A stretch of DNA of 55,127 nucleotides, filler included, from Asterionella formosa (taxonomy: Eukaryota), in NCBI GenBank assembly GCA_002256025.1. It is 5 parts of 5 records of this genome, joined end to end, with 100 filler letters (N's around TTAATTAATTAA, not from the genome) between each part and the next. Parts side by side here need not be neighbours in the genome. Positions count along the whole stretch, not along the records: positions 1 to 10,977 come from NKIB01008942.1; positions 11,078 to 22,024 come from NKIB01008966.1; 3 more parts are not named here. One strand, written 5' to 3'. Position numbers and translations under genes: made by a program. The notes under the pieces were generated by a model. The model saw nothing but the letters and a program-made list of their open reading frames with translations. It did no database searches and was not told where the DNA came from. Of the stretch, positions 1 to 11,813 are shown in pieces (the first letter of the stretch is position 1; the number at the start of each line of letters is the position of its first letter).

Positions 1-1405
1 ACCACATCTTCAATGAGTAGTCATTGATAAATGCATTGGTTCTTATGTAGATAGATACAATCAAAACAAAACGACAGTGTGGAACGACAAACGACGATGG
101 AAGCGATCAAAACGGACCATGGAAGCAATCAAATCAGAACATGTTTGACAATTTTGTATCTATGATCACATTCATTGTTTCATTGTTGTACTCACCGATC
201 CGCTTTAACAAGCGTAACACACAGCAGACGATGGGCTCATAAGAAAGTCGAAAGTTCCTGTTGCAAGCCCAAATTGAGGAATGGAAGGCAGGATAGCTAG
301 AGTGAGAATTATAATTGTGAGGATGAAATCGGGTATTCGGTACGTAAAATCAATCAATATGTGAAAGAAACAATTTAACATTTCAGGTCTCGTAAAAATT
401 ATACCAAGTCTACACGTGTTCAAAGTAAGCGGTAAAGTTTAGCTTAAACCATGCATGGTCATCACATGCATGACCGGTGCAAAAACTTGCCACCAACATC
501 AGATGTATCGCTATCATCGCTCGTCCAATGAAATATGGACGATGCGACTACATGAATCCCTCGAGAAGACAAGCAATCTAACAAACAACCGCATCCGTTA
601 GACAATGAATCGCTACTCTTGGCGTCATCACTGAACTGATTTTGCTTCAAACCGGTAATGATGGACGACGATCGGCATGGTGAAAGGTGAATTGCCGGAG
701 TCCTCTTTTCAGGAGACGAACAAAAACGAGGTGAATTCTAGATATAAATTATAAATTATCAAAATCTGTAGAGTATATAAGATGGTTTCCTTAAGTAGAC
801 CCCTTGCCAATTTCGGCAATCCCAGGGCTGGACAACCGAGGGGCAATTGCTACATATTGTAATGCCAAAATACGAATATAGGAAATATTCAAAATATATT
901 TTAATGATGGGCAATATCGGACCCATTGCAAATTTCGATGTGAAGATAGGAAATCTACGAAATATATTATATATATGATTTGCTATAGCAAGCTAAAAAT
1001 GACACTTATGCTCAATGAGTGGACAGTAGGTAAGTGAATGGCACAACGATAGCTAGTTTGTGAATTGCCTCAACAATACCCTTCTCGGTGGCTACTTGCC
1101 CTCTCGTATACATCTATACTTGCAGGCAAGAGACCACATAGGGCGTGTCTTGCCTTCAGCAATATACCTAAAAACATTTTTTATTTTTAGATGTTGCTTG
1201 GCCAATATGCTACAACTACATAGCAAGGAACTACGAATGATCCCGGCACGAGGACAACACATTTGCACATAGCTATAAGGGTCAGATACCTCGCTCATCA
1301 TGCATCCCGCATCCCCGAAGTTGGGATATATACCAGTATCTTTTGCTAATTTGTATGCCCACCATTGGTGAATCAACACAGAAGACTGAGTTTATTCAAC
1401 TTATA

Positions 1406-2524
1406 TTAAGCTAATAAGCCCATGAAAGGCAAAATCATAGTAGGTAGCGGTTCTTCGTCGGTTCCTTCTCCAATCGCTTGTAGGATAGCTGTTGAGGTTA
1501 CTCCAGTCATGACAAGGGCCGTTTTCATTCCAGTGTTCTTACCAAATTTGATGTCGGTATCTAGACGGTCGCCAACAAAGAGGGTTCTAGAGGGATCCAG
1601 CCAATGCTCGGCCACAATCAAGTCCGCCAAAATAGAACTGGGCTTACCCACATTTATGGCCGTTCGCCCAGAACCATGTTCGATACATTTTACCAAACAA
1701 CCATTTCCGGGTAAGTGTCTTGCGTCGGCCCCGATCAAATCAAAGGCATCCTGATTGGTAGATACAAGCAAGGCCTTTGGGTTTCTCTGAAGTAGAACAT
1801 TTGAGATGCAAAGTTTACGATAGTTGAATTCATTGTCTAGGCCAACAACAACAGCATCAACTGGTTCCTCCGGAAATTTATATTCAGCGAGCTCGTCTCT
1901 GCTCATACTTGCCTTATCATTTGACAGTCCACCAGTTACCGTAAATCCATGGTTTTCTATTTCTTCGCACAAACCTGCAGCACCAATTACGTATACGCGC
2001 CCTTTAGTAGGAATATTCTTCTTCAAAAAGGATGCACAGGAGTAGGCTGAGCCGATCATTTGGTCTTCGTTTAACTCAGTTATTCCCAGTACTTTGTTGA
2101 GTTTATCTCGCAGGTGCTGTCTACTAGCGCCTGCATTGTTCGTCACGAACAAACATGTTTTTCCTTTCTCAATCAGTTTCTTGAGACACGATGAAGCATC
2201 AGGAGTAGGATCAAGTCCTCTGTATATGACACCATCCAGATCAAAAAGGATGGCATCAATATTGGCATCGACATAGGCCGACGCATCGTCGCGACATGTC
2301 CAAATCATTGGGGCGTGAGGTAAATTCAAATAATGATCTACCAGCTTTGTTGTTTCCTCTGTCGCCACCCTGCGCATTATCTCGGTGATATCCACAGATG
2401 CAGTAGCGAACAGCCTGCTTGTGACACTGCTCACAGGTCGAATAGTCGAGAATGACGAGACTTTCAATGGCAACATAAATAGGCCGAGGATTGCAGGCAA
2501 TGCTGAACTAGTAGCGCGGATCAT
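1406..2524 (-). CDS. PGP: HAD subfamily IIA phosphoglycolate/4-nitrophenyl phosphatase, probably plastid-targeted
   Basis: HAD motif I FDLDGVIY, motif II FVTNNA, NVGKPS and FVGDRLDTDI. N-terminal hydrophobic signal followed by VSS-FST and a Ser/Thr/Arg-rich transit-like segment. First ATG at 2524 (the ORF track starts at a GTG at 2533). Confidence 0.88.
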   Translation of the reverse strand: MIRATSSALPAILGLFMLPLKVSSFSTIRPVSSVTSRLFATASVDITEIMRRVATEETTKLVDHYLNLPHAPMIWTCRDDASAYVDANIDAILFDLDGVIYRGLDPTPDASSCLKKLIEKGKTCLFVTNNAGASRQHLRDKLNKVLGITELNEDQMIGSAYSCASFLKKNIPTKGRVYVIGAAGLCEEIENHGFTVTGGLSNDKASMSRDELAEYKFPEEPVDAVVVGLDNEFNYRKLCISNVLLQRNPKALLVSTNQDAFDLIGADARHLPGNGCLVKCIEHGSGRTAINVGKPSSILADLIVAEHWLDPSRTLFVGDRLDTDIKFGKNTGMKTALVMTGVTSTAILQAIGEGTDEEPLPTMILPFMGLLA

Positions 2525-3559
2525 ATCAATCACACAACAGGCAGTGGAATTTGGGGGGGGGGGTGAATGATATCCTCTTGTGACTTGGAAAGTGAAAATT
2601 GTTTACTTACGCATTGGAAACTGATTCGATTTTATTTCATGTGCGTGCGAGCATGGAGCATGAAACAACAAAATGTATATCGGTGCCAGGGGGGTACAAG
2701 GTATCATACCCTACGCACTGGTTCGTCGATACATAAATACCGGAATTCACACCAGCGAAAAATATGATAAAAACAAAAAATAGCAAGGTCATACATGGGA
2801 GATAGGTACGGGAAACTCCGTAGTTCTCGAAACGTCGAAAATTGGCCATGTGTAGTATATTGTGCACATCGGGCATATATCCTACGAAGTTCGCCTTGTA
2901 CTGGTACTTCTTCCGAGAAGTACGGTTTCTTTTAAGAAGAAGTTCGCATCCTTTTGGAAAGCACACTCAACAAGAATGGTGTTGATTCAAGCTTGAGCTC
3001 TAAAATGCTGGCCCTAAACTTAAAAATCCAGGGGCAATACAAACAATGATTTCATTACATCATGGCTACCAGTAGGGTTTCGAATGCAGCAAGCAGTCTT
3101 GATTTTTTTAATCAAAAATCTAATATACTGGTAGGTGGTATTGGCTCCTTGGCTCTCCATCCACTTCACTTTGACTCTTGTCACTGTGCTAGTTTTACAT
3201 TTTAAAAATGAGTCACCCCTTGTTTGATCCTTAGGGGAAAGGAAGGATGAAACAACAGCGCTTTCACAGGGCATTTACTGGGGGCTTTTCTGCAGGGTAT
3301 TTCAACTCTGTTGACACTAAATAGGCTGGGCGCCAAAGCCAAGCAACAAGTCTCATGAGCATGCAGACAATGAATCACTCTCCAGAAAGCCTGAAAAATG
3401 GAGGATTTCATGGACAAACAATATTTCAATGAATGGGGTGGATCAACATTATTTGGACCAATTGCTCCTTTGTGTCTAGCTACCAGTATGCTGGTAAACT
3501 GATGATTACTGGGACAGCTGGTTTACTGTGTATAACAGGATGGTATGTTTTATAGCCCA

Positions 3560-3737
3560 TTCATAATCCCCTATTTCTAGGCAAGTCTTNNNNNNNNNNN
3601 NNNNNNNNNNNNNNNNNNNNNNNNNNNNNNNNNNNNNNNNNNNNNNNNNNNNNNNNNNNNNNNNNNNNNNNNNNNNNNNNNNNNNNNNNNNNNNNNNNNN
3701 NNNNNNNTTCATAATCCCCTATTTCTAGGCAAGTCTT
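3560..3737. other. Internal assembly gap (N 3590-3707) flanked by an identical 30-bp duplication
   Basis: TTCATAATCCCCTATTTCTAGGCAAGTCTT occurs at 3560-3589 and again at 3708-3737. Confidence 0.9.
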
Positions 3738-3815
3738 CCATTATCAAATTCTCCAATTCACATGCAAAACATTTTGATCATTGCATGATAGGATGTGTAC
3801 CCTCAAATCCCTTGC

Positions 3816-4121
3816 TCAAGACTCTTTCATCCAAACCATCAACTGCTCTTTTCTGAAAATGTGATTGTACAAACAAAGTTGTTCAAATTGCTGTGGGAAA
3901 ATAACTCTTGTGTAATCCATCATGTCATCAGTCTGTATCAATACATGATTCCCTGTCCAGTAACCTCCATAATTGACCCCTGGCTTTAAAGTCCTGTTTT
4001 TTAAGAATGCAACAAAATTAGTCACAAGGTTGTTTAGGTAAGGCAAAACCAATAGCAGAATGTGCCTGACAAATCCATCATCTCCCATTATAAGCTCATC
4101 TTTAGTTGCCTTTCCACACAC
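3816..4121 (-). mobile_element. Decayed fragment of a putative DDE-type transposase-like protein
   Basis: GVNYGGYWTGNHVLIQTDDMMDYTRVIFPQQFEQLCLYNH resembles, from memory, the G-x-N-x-x-GYW...Q-x-ED...FLFDHS segment of repetitive transposase-like proteins in diatoms and fungi. Surrounding frames are broken by stops. Confidence 0.35.
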
Positions 4122-6844
4122 TTTGTTGGCAGCATCAACAGAAATATAGCTTGTACCTCTTCTACTATTATTGATTTAGTCACAGTGTTTTTATGACTAT
4201 AATACCTGACTAGCTAGGACAGCAGTGAAGTTTGGGTGGTTTCTGACACAGCCAAATTTTCAATCTAATGGCATTTACAGCTGGCTGCAGCAGCCTCATC
4301 CATGTTGCTCTGTAGCCCTTTTGGAAAGCTCAAGTTCCAAATCATATAAACTGAATCTGCTGTGGTATTGTGCATTAGAACTAGCATTGCTCTTCATCAT
4401 ACATGGCTGAATTGATTTCCCTTTGGGTGAATTCATTTGAGTTCCAACTTCGCCAATAAGCAAGGTGAAGCTTCTTGTTGGCCACCTGCAGCAGGTGCCA
4501 CACACTGCAAAAGAGGAATTTGAATGAGACACTATCAAATACAGCAATAATCAGTATCACAACTGCCTTTCGCCACCAACTCTGAAGGCTCAATCTCCGA
4601 CTAATTATGTTGTGGTATTATGATTAGAACAACCAGTCACAATGATTTCAGTTCCTTGAGCTTGCATTCTTGCTGCACTTGAATTCCAGCTGCTTCAATG
4701 AATCACATGGATTTTGGCGGATGACATGCATAAACTGCTGAATTTTGTCCTACTATCAAATGGCGTCCGCAGCCACACAAATCAGCATCATTTATGCTAA
4801 TCGCCAAGTCTGTAGGCACAAGCTCCGACCAATGTAAACTTGTTCTTCTTTTGTAGTAGTTATCATCCAAATCACTGCCTGCTACCATGAATATGGCTTA
4901 GTTAGTAGCTTGTGGGCTGCACTTTACTTCCAACTTCGGTCATCAGTCAATAGGTACAGTTTGGCTGGAACACGGATGGTCGAAGGCATTCAATCAAACG
5001 GCGCCTACAGCTGCTGCATCAGAATGAACATCACGAACCTTTCTCACAAAAGCCCGACATCTGCTCCTTCGCTTTAAATAAGCTCAGTCGACTCTGCAAA
5101 TGTACTTATACATTTACAAGAGCATGTTCATGAGGGAAGCCATATCATGGACATCACAGCATATCCCTCTGGTATTTTCCAATCGATGATATCATGGGTG
5201 ATTGGAGTGTTTTATGTATATAAATTATATTCATGTTAGATATACTGTTATAGTAGCTACAAATTCAAATATTTGGTCAGCCAAGAGGAATACTGGACAG
5301 ACAGCACTGTATAGATTCTACGTAATGCCAGCCTGAGAGAAAACCAGCTGTACCAGTAAAAGACTGTAAGCCACCGGTATGACGACTTTTGAACTGTACT
5401 AAGCCACCCACCCCTAAACGGAGTAAACGCACGGTTTGAACTTAGTTTGCAAGTTACGTTAATTATCGTCATGAAGAATTCTTCAGATTTATATAGCGAG
5501 TAAATACTTAAATAATTCTATTGATGCATTGTGTAAAATGGAAGTAACGCAAGCTAATTGATGAGTTCAAAGCGCAATCATTATTGGTTAGTATATAAAT
5601 CGCTACAGCACTGCCTGAATAATTATGTTCGTATCTGGCATAAAACGTGAATTTAATAGATTTAACGTTGACTTTCAGTTCGAAATCTTCCAAACGTTGA
5701 CTCTCAGTTTTTAGGTGGTACCCTCGTAATCCCTCTGTCCGAAAATAGTTGCATCGACTTTTCAAATTTCTCTGGGGCCATTTTGACTCCCACGATTTTC
5801 TCGGGCTCAATTGCCCTATTTTGCGGCTTGCTCTAAGCTACAGAATCATGTATGTAATGTATAGAAAGATTAAAATTGGCAACTACAGTTTAAAAAATGT
5901 TTTTGGGCTTTTTCGATTTCCACTTTTGCGCATCTCGAGCAAAATCAAGATCCCTTATCCCCCATTTTTTGCTACCACCACCTCTTCTCAACAAGCATAT
6001 GAGAAAGGATCTAACACCAGAAGACTGTCATCTTGTGTTGGATTATGGTTTGAGCAAAGGCATAGTAAATGTGGTTTACAAGATATGCTAGCTAATTGTG
6101 AAAGAGTTGTTCAGATTTATATAGCTAGCAACCACCTAGCTAATATCTCATGTAGAACCTGCACCTGTATTGTTGCATTGTGTGTGTAGTTGCCTTGTTT
6201 CTTACAATTATTATAGATTGTGGCTCAAAGGCGTTTGTCCATGCAAAATAAGGAAAATTGAATATTTTCTTGTTTGTCTATTGACGAGCTGGTATCACGT
6301 TTCATATATATATACAGATATGAATAATAATATTTGTCAACTAGTAAAGAAAACTAGTTTAGTACCCCCAACTATTCAACATGGTATATGTATGTAAGCC
6401 AAGTAGAGGAGGCAAGTTTAAATAGGACTACCAGGAACTTTAGTCCAGACGACCGCCCTAATCACAGAATTTTTTCGTGTGAGACTTCTGGGTTCTTTCC
6501 ATCAGTGACAGTTTGCAATACAACCAATTCACCATGGCGGAAGGTGTAAAATTTATGACCGGCCAGCCAAGTGGTGAAGTAACAAATCAGCCATTCTCAA
6601 ATCAGAAAGGAAGAGGATGCAGAATGAGGAGGAAGAACCAATCACGGATTTAACAAGATAGACACTACCTACATGCAAGGGGTTTCTATATAACTAAAAA
6701 GGGAATAAGAGACACAAAGATCTCCAGCGAAAAGAACACCAACAAGCGGAAGATCACCACATTATTACATGGTGAGCATAATCATCAAGAGATAGAATAA
6801 AAGAAAAAGGAGAGGCACCAGCCATCCATCAATTGAAAGAATCT

Positions 6845-7095
6845 AGAATGGATCTATATTTTGATTGCTTAGTTGGTTAGCATACCTTTGTAGGTGGCAG
6901 GTTCGATTCCTGCATTCTCAACCTGTCTTTCTTTTTCATGTAGTAAGTAGAGTTCCGGGGGTGCGGCTAATGAATTAAAAAGACAGGTCCCCATTGTACA
7001 ATGCACGGACGATTAAAACCGTTACTGATCCCCGCACACCAGCACCCAAAGTCACCAAGTTTGTTGGGATGGTCCTGGGTTTAATAAGTAAGTAT
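6845..7095 (+). mobile_element. tRNA-derived SINE-like element or pseudo-tRNA
   Basis: A-box-like TGCTTAGTTGGT with a TGCT/AGCA D-stem. Perfect T-arm GCAGG-TTCGATT-CCTGC (B box GGTTCGATTCC). Anticodon arm is shortened and there is no proper acceptor stem. About 170 bp downstream is a short AATAAGTAAGTA tail. Confidence 0.45.
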
Positions 7096-7475
7096 ATACC
7101 GGTAAGTACATGAACATCAGGGCTGGAAGCACCAGGAAGCACCACACGGTCTACCCTTCTTCTCGCAAATGAGTAGTCTAAAGTTAGGTTAAATTTAGTT
7201 TAGATTACTCACCAGGAGTGAAGAACTTGTGAACTAATTTCCAAATCAGGAACCAGCTTGGGAACAAAATAGGCCAAATTCGGAAATAGAGAATGTGAAA
7301 ACATACACCTACAGCAGGATTAAATGTCATCATAAAGATCTTTCCAATCAGATCGGAGTACTCAATAGGATTTGTTGGATATCAAGTCCATAATTTTTCA
7401 GCCAAACAATATTACAAGGGCATTGCTAAGTATTATTAGCATCAGAAATGGCTCAAAAATGTCAAGGCCAAAAGT

Positions 7476-7960
7476 ATGGAAGGATTCACCGACCGCATCG
7501 AAACCAGCTTAAGGAGTCAACGGAAGATCATAACTTTCACTGCAAATGTCGTCAAGTTATATACCTCCTTTGCACACAGAATTGATAGTGTCAACCTGAC
7601 ACCTACATGGTTCATCCATACGAGGCAGGAGCTCTTAGGAGATGATCATAATTTCAGATTCGAAATTAGCAGTACCTGAAGTCCAGTACTGAAGCAGTGC
7701 AATGACGACTCAATGATAATGGAAATTAATGCAGACAAAGAATTGAGCAAAACCGGATTATTTCATATAAATGTCTGCAGAATGTATTTACAGGTGTCTT
7801 CTGTAGAGGATACCACAGCAGCAGACGGAACAAGGCTGCAACCAGAAATGCTAGAATGTGAGAAAATTCCAAATTGAAAGACAAACAGGACTGACCAAAT
7901 CAACACAAACCAACCAGCCAGCAAAAACATGATTGGATGACAGCAATATGAAAATACTTC
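7476..7960 (+). mobile_element. Decayed non-LTR retrotransposon fragment (region downstream of RT)
   Basis: Translation through stops and a frameshift gives (W)SPVLKQCNDDSMIME...LFHINVCRMYLQVSSVEDTTAADGTRL...(W)PNQHKPTSQQKHDWMTAI. This matches the IN-x-CR-x-YLQV...DG and WP-x-Q-x-x-P pattern I recall from diatom non-LTR elements. Confidence 0.5.
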
Positions 7961-8659
7961 CTAACTAATGGGTCAGAAAAAGCTTATTCTATGGCAACAG
8001 TTATGAAAATAGATCATAGACCCAGAGCAAGGATGGATGACATACATAGTACAGTGAAAGAGAAAACACTATGGGAAGTCAACACCAACAGTGGTGGCAA
8101 CTGGAGTGTGTTTAAAAATAAATCAAATTGTCCAATGACAATGTAGTTTGATAAGAGCAGAAAAGGAATAACACTTATGGCTCCTCTCAAAGGCAGCATT
8201 CCATTTGATGTGAATGAGAACGGTTAGATAGTTTGTAGAATGCTGGATTTCAATAATGCAAAGTCGAATGCTCAGCTGCAAATCGACATTCCAGAGACAT
8301 GTAGGAGATTCCAAAACATGAAATTTGGTTATTGAAACTTTTTGTGATTTCAAAGGTCCTTTTGAAACACAGCTAGGTTGATATCTGCAGTTGGGTTTTG
8401 AATCAATTTTGCCACCAAGGAGGGACTAGAGGAATCGGATTCAAGATGCAGTCTTAGGTGCAAGCTCCTGCACTCTCAAAGATCTAGAATTTGATTCCAA
8501 CTCAAAGAGCAGTGTGTGCTGGCCCAAGGGATGACGATAATCAAACTTTTGTGCAGGATAAGTACAAGGGAAAAATGTCGTCAAGGGGGAGCCAAAACAG
8601 GATACACATAAGTAAGGTGTCACCAAGTTGCAATCTAAAACTTGTTTCCCTAAAAGAAC

Positions 8660-10519
8660 TTAAGGATTCATGAGAAACTCAAACAGTTGCTCGTCCACTA
8701 CATCGGTATTCCAAAATTCATCTGCATTCCCGATCGAAAGGCACCTTTCCTTCCCGCTAGGCCCTGAATCAACCATATTTTCTGGGGCTTCCCCTGCTCC
8801 CTGATATCGCATAAACATTTCACTTTCTTGCTCCTCGGTGACAGCGTTGGCTCCCAGATGAGCAGACTCAGCCAATTCGCTTTCCTTGTCATCCTTCGCT
8901 CCTTGGTCGTCGCTACCGTTGGGTTTCTTGTACTTATTCAACTCCTGCTGCTTTAACGCGCGCATTTTATTTTGAAACTGCATTTGGCTTTGCATCTCCC
9001 GCTTCATCAGCGTGTTCTCCTCGATGTTTGTTAGAGTCGACGATGATGATGGTGTAAACTTGGAGTTCTGGTCTTGAGTCGAGTCATGTTGATGATTGCC
9101 ATCAGCCATAGGTTGATTGGGCCACATGGACGGATCTTGTTGACCGTCATGACCGGAAACATGAGTAGATATACTATCGTTAGCAAACTGTGTGTATAGA
9201 TCTCCTACTGGTTGAATCGATTGATTCGCTGACTCATTGGCCCGAGTAGCAGCCGCAGCCCTCTCCGCTAGGAGTTGAGATCGAATAGAGAAGAAGAGAC
9301 CCAGTAGGTACCCAAGCGAAGTCCCGATTGGAGAGCACTTTTCTTCCTCTGTAAGCATTGGGAGTATCAAAGCACCGGGCTTGGGTTCTTCTCGTATCGG
9401 TTGAGACGTCACTGGAGTAGACTCTGCTTGCTGCCCTTCTCCAGGCACAGGACTCTCCCCAGTGTCAGTCTTGGTAGCATAGCTCACATGAGCGGCAACT
9501 TCACCGCTAGAGAGAACTTTTTGGTGTTCGAGACCTTCAGCATTAAATTTCTTCATTGACGCTTCATAGCAAGTCATGAATTCCTTCTTTGCCTTGGATC
9601 TATGTAAACGATACTTCTGCAAGTGGCTCTTGATCCGCTCACTCGTCACAGGTTCGTGTTTGGGCATGTGATCAAGAATAGCAGAGGGCGATGAGTGCTT
9701 CAAACCAACGTCGAAAATAGCAGAGACAAAGTCTCGGTGGAGATCGTCCGGCCATGTGAATCGCTTAGACCATCGGCCGTCCAAATCCGCACCCTTCTTA
9801 CGGTTTTTGCTCTTTTCTTCGTCTCCTGAGATATCATCTACAGACCTTTTGGTCCGGAGAGACCTACCGCCTCTACTTTGCAAAGATTGGTCTTCTGAAG
9901 GAACAGGACTAGACTGAGTGCTTTCATGTATGGCGTACTCCGGAACAGGTGGTACAATGGGAGCCCCCGGAGCTGCCGCATACCCAGGCTGCTGATAGTA
10001 TCGTTGTTGTTGTGCATGAGGCTGTAGGTAACTATGCGGCTGTTGCTGCGAGTAATAATAGTGTTGATGAGGTACTGATGTTCCATTATGAGTTTGGTAT
10101 TGGGGGTCGGTGATCATGCCTAGCTGTTGTGTACCTGGATCTTGAGGAGTACTAGTTTGTGTCAAGCTCTCGTATACTCTCATCAGATCAGACACCACGC
10201 TGTTTGGAAACGAAGGAATTTGTTGAGTTGCACCGGGAGCTGGAGGGTGCGGAGGAGGTGAGCCTGCTGCCAAGGGATTGAAGGGCGGAGGCTGCGGAGC
10301 ATGCATTGATCCAGGTTCTCGTGGGAGATTCTGTTGATTGCTCATATTAGTACACTCGCTTTCGTCACTTAAAACAACCACAGCCCCAACACTTCCAGTT
10401 GCTTTCGTAGCTGTTGTTTGAGAAAGCTTCAATATCACTACCGGTGTGTTGGCAGGGTTTTCAAACTCAAGCTGATCGAAAGATTGGGACTTGCTATTAA
10501 TTCCATTCAGTTCTTGCAT
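8660..10519 (-). CDS. GARP/G2-like (SHAQKY-class) Myb transcription factor
   Basis: RFTWPDDLHRDFVSAIFDVGLKHSSPSAILDHM...IKSHLQKYRL. Pro/Gln-rich N-terminus, basic NLS-like KNRKK, and a C-terminal coiled-coil-like segment. Start is uncertain: first ATG 10519, an internal MSNQQ is also possible. Confidence 0.85.
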   Translation of the reverse strand: MQELNGINSKSQSFDQLEFENPANTPVVILKLSQTTATKATGSVGAVVVLSDESECTNMSNQQNLPREPGSMHAPQPPPFNPLAAGSPPPHPPAPGATQQIPSFPNSVVSDLMRVYESLTQTSTPQDPGTQQLGMITDPQYQTHNGTSVPHQHYYYSQQQPHSYLQPHAQQQRYYQQPGYAAAPGAPIVPPVPEYAIHESTQSSPVPSEDQSLQSRGGRSLRTKRSVDDISGDEEKSKNRKKGADLDGRWSKRFTWPDDLHRDFVSAIFDVGLKHSSPSAILDHMPKHEPVTSERIKSHLQKYRLHRSKAKKEFMTCYEASMKKFNAEGLEHQKVLSSGEVAAHVSYATKTDTGESPVPGEGQQAESTPVTSQPIREEPKPGALILPMLTEEEKCSPIGTSLGYLLGLFFSIRSQLLAERAAAATRANESANQSIQPVGDLYTQFANDSISTHVSGHDGQQDPSMWPNQPMADGNHQHDSTQDQNSKFTPSSSSTLTNIEENTLMKREMQSQMQFQNKMRALKQQELNKYKKPNGSDDQGAKDDKESELAESAHLGANAVTEEQESEMFMRYQGAGEAPENMVDSGPSGKERCLSIGNADEFWNTDVVDEQLFEFLMNP

Positions 10520-10977
10520 GCAGGGGGTTTTCAAAGGAGAGATTCTTTTCCATAAAGCGAGACAGAGGAGCTGCGTGTGGCGTGTCTGGAGGACGAGGAT
10601 GCAACACCAGAATAGGAGAGTTACGGACGGTGTGAGTATATTGCGTATGCAAGAGGTCGATCAATCCATCAAATGAATCGAAACATTCAATGAGTGCTGC
10701 CAGAATTATTTGGCTGCCGTTTTTTGTCTTTCCAATGTCATTCCTGTGGAAACTTACAGAAAGTCTCGGTCAGATTCGTGCACGCTAAGCAGTCAAAGTT
10801 GCAACGAGGCTTCTAGTGCTAAAAAATCTGTTGTTCCACAGCGTGAGTTCAGATCGATCTTTTCCAAATCCATGCACAGCATCAACGCAAAGGTTTGAGC
10901 AATGCCTCGAAGAGAGAAGCTCACTAACGCCACCGTCGAAGATTCGGACCGGATTCACTCAATTTACCTTCGAGACA

Positions 10978-11077
10978 NNNNNNNNNNNNNNNNNNNNNNN
11001 NNNNNNNNNNNNNNNNNNNNNTTAATTAATTAANNNNNNNNNNNNNNNNNNNNNNNNNNNNNNNNNNNNNNNNNNNN
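10978..11077. other. Artificial scaffold-join spacer N44-TTAATTAATTAA-N44
   Basis: Exactly 100 bp with an all-frame stop linker at 11022-11033. The same structure recurs three more times. Confidence 0.97.
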
Positions 11078-11325
11078 ACACTAATATTGACAACAAAAAT
11101 TGAAATAGCTGATAGCGCATTTTTTCATGAAATTTATAGATTCACAGTTAAAAAAATACTAAACTTAGCATAAAACCTAGTATATCAATAAGTGGTGATC
11201 ACCATGCATACAGACGGTTTTAAGGACTGAATTGATGACGTTTTCTATATAATTAAACGCCTGTCCTGAATTGTCACATCATCAATTTCAGCAAAATAAT
11301 TGCAACTTGCAGGTATATTCTCCCT

Positions 11326-11813
11326 TGTTGAAATTTATGGCGTTTCTTCCTAGCGTGCTTCAGTACTGCGCTGGAATGACTGATCAAGATCTTTCTCACG
11401 CCGCTTGTTTTCTTTTTATTGCTTCTATATATAAAAAATGTCTATTTCCATTTAGACATTCCCCAGACAGTATCTAGTCTTCGGACAACTGTCAACATCA
11501 ACAGCCTGAGAGATAAAATCTGATACCCTCCCCTGGTGTTGATGCTTGACATACCTCATTCCATTGTGTATGCTCGACACACCCTAACCTCCAGGACTTT
11601 TCAAAGTGCCTCTCTTTTTTCTTATTCTTTTTTTCTGTTCTTGCTGAGGACTCGAACTGTCGACCTCTGGTTTTTCACGTATACCCATCTACAACATGTA
11701 CTAACGAGCGCGCTACCATGTTGAAATTTATGGCGCTTCTTCCTAGCACGCTCCAGTGCTGCCCTGGAATGACCGGTCAAGATCTTTCTTGCGTCGCTCG
11801 TTTGCTTTCTATT
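11326..11813 (+). repeat. Diverged ~95-bp direct repeat (11326-11420 and 11719-11813)
   Basis: Both copies read TGTTGAAATTTATGGCG(T/C)TTCTTCCTAGC...CTGGAATGAC...TCAAGATCTTTCT. Confidence 0.85.

Noticed and set aside
6860..6922. Functional tRNA gene
   Set aside because: No 7-bp acceptor stem at the correct spacing and no 7-nt anticodon loop; kept only as a tRNA-derived element.
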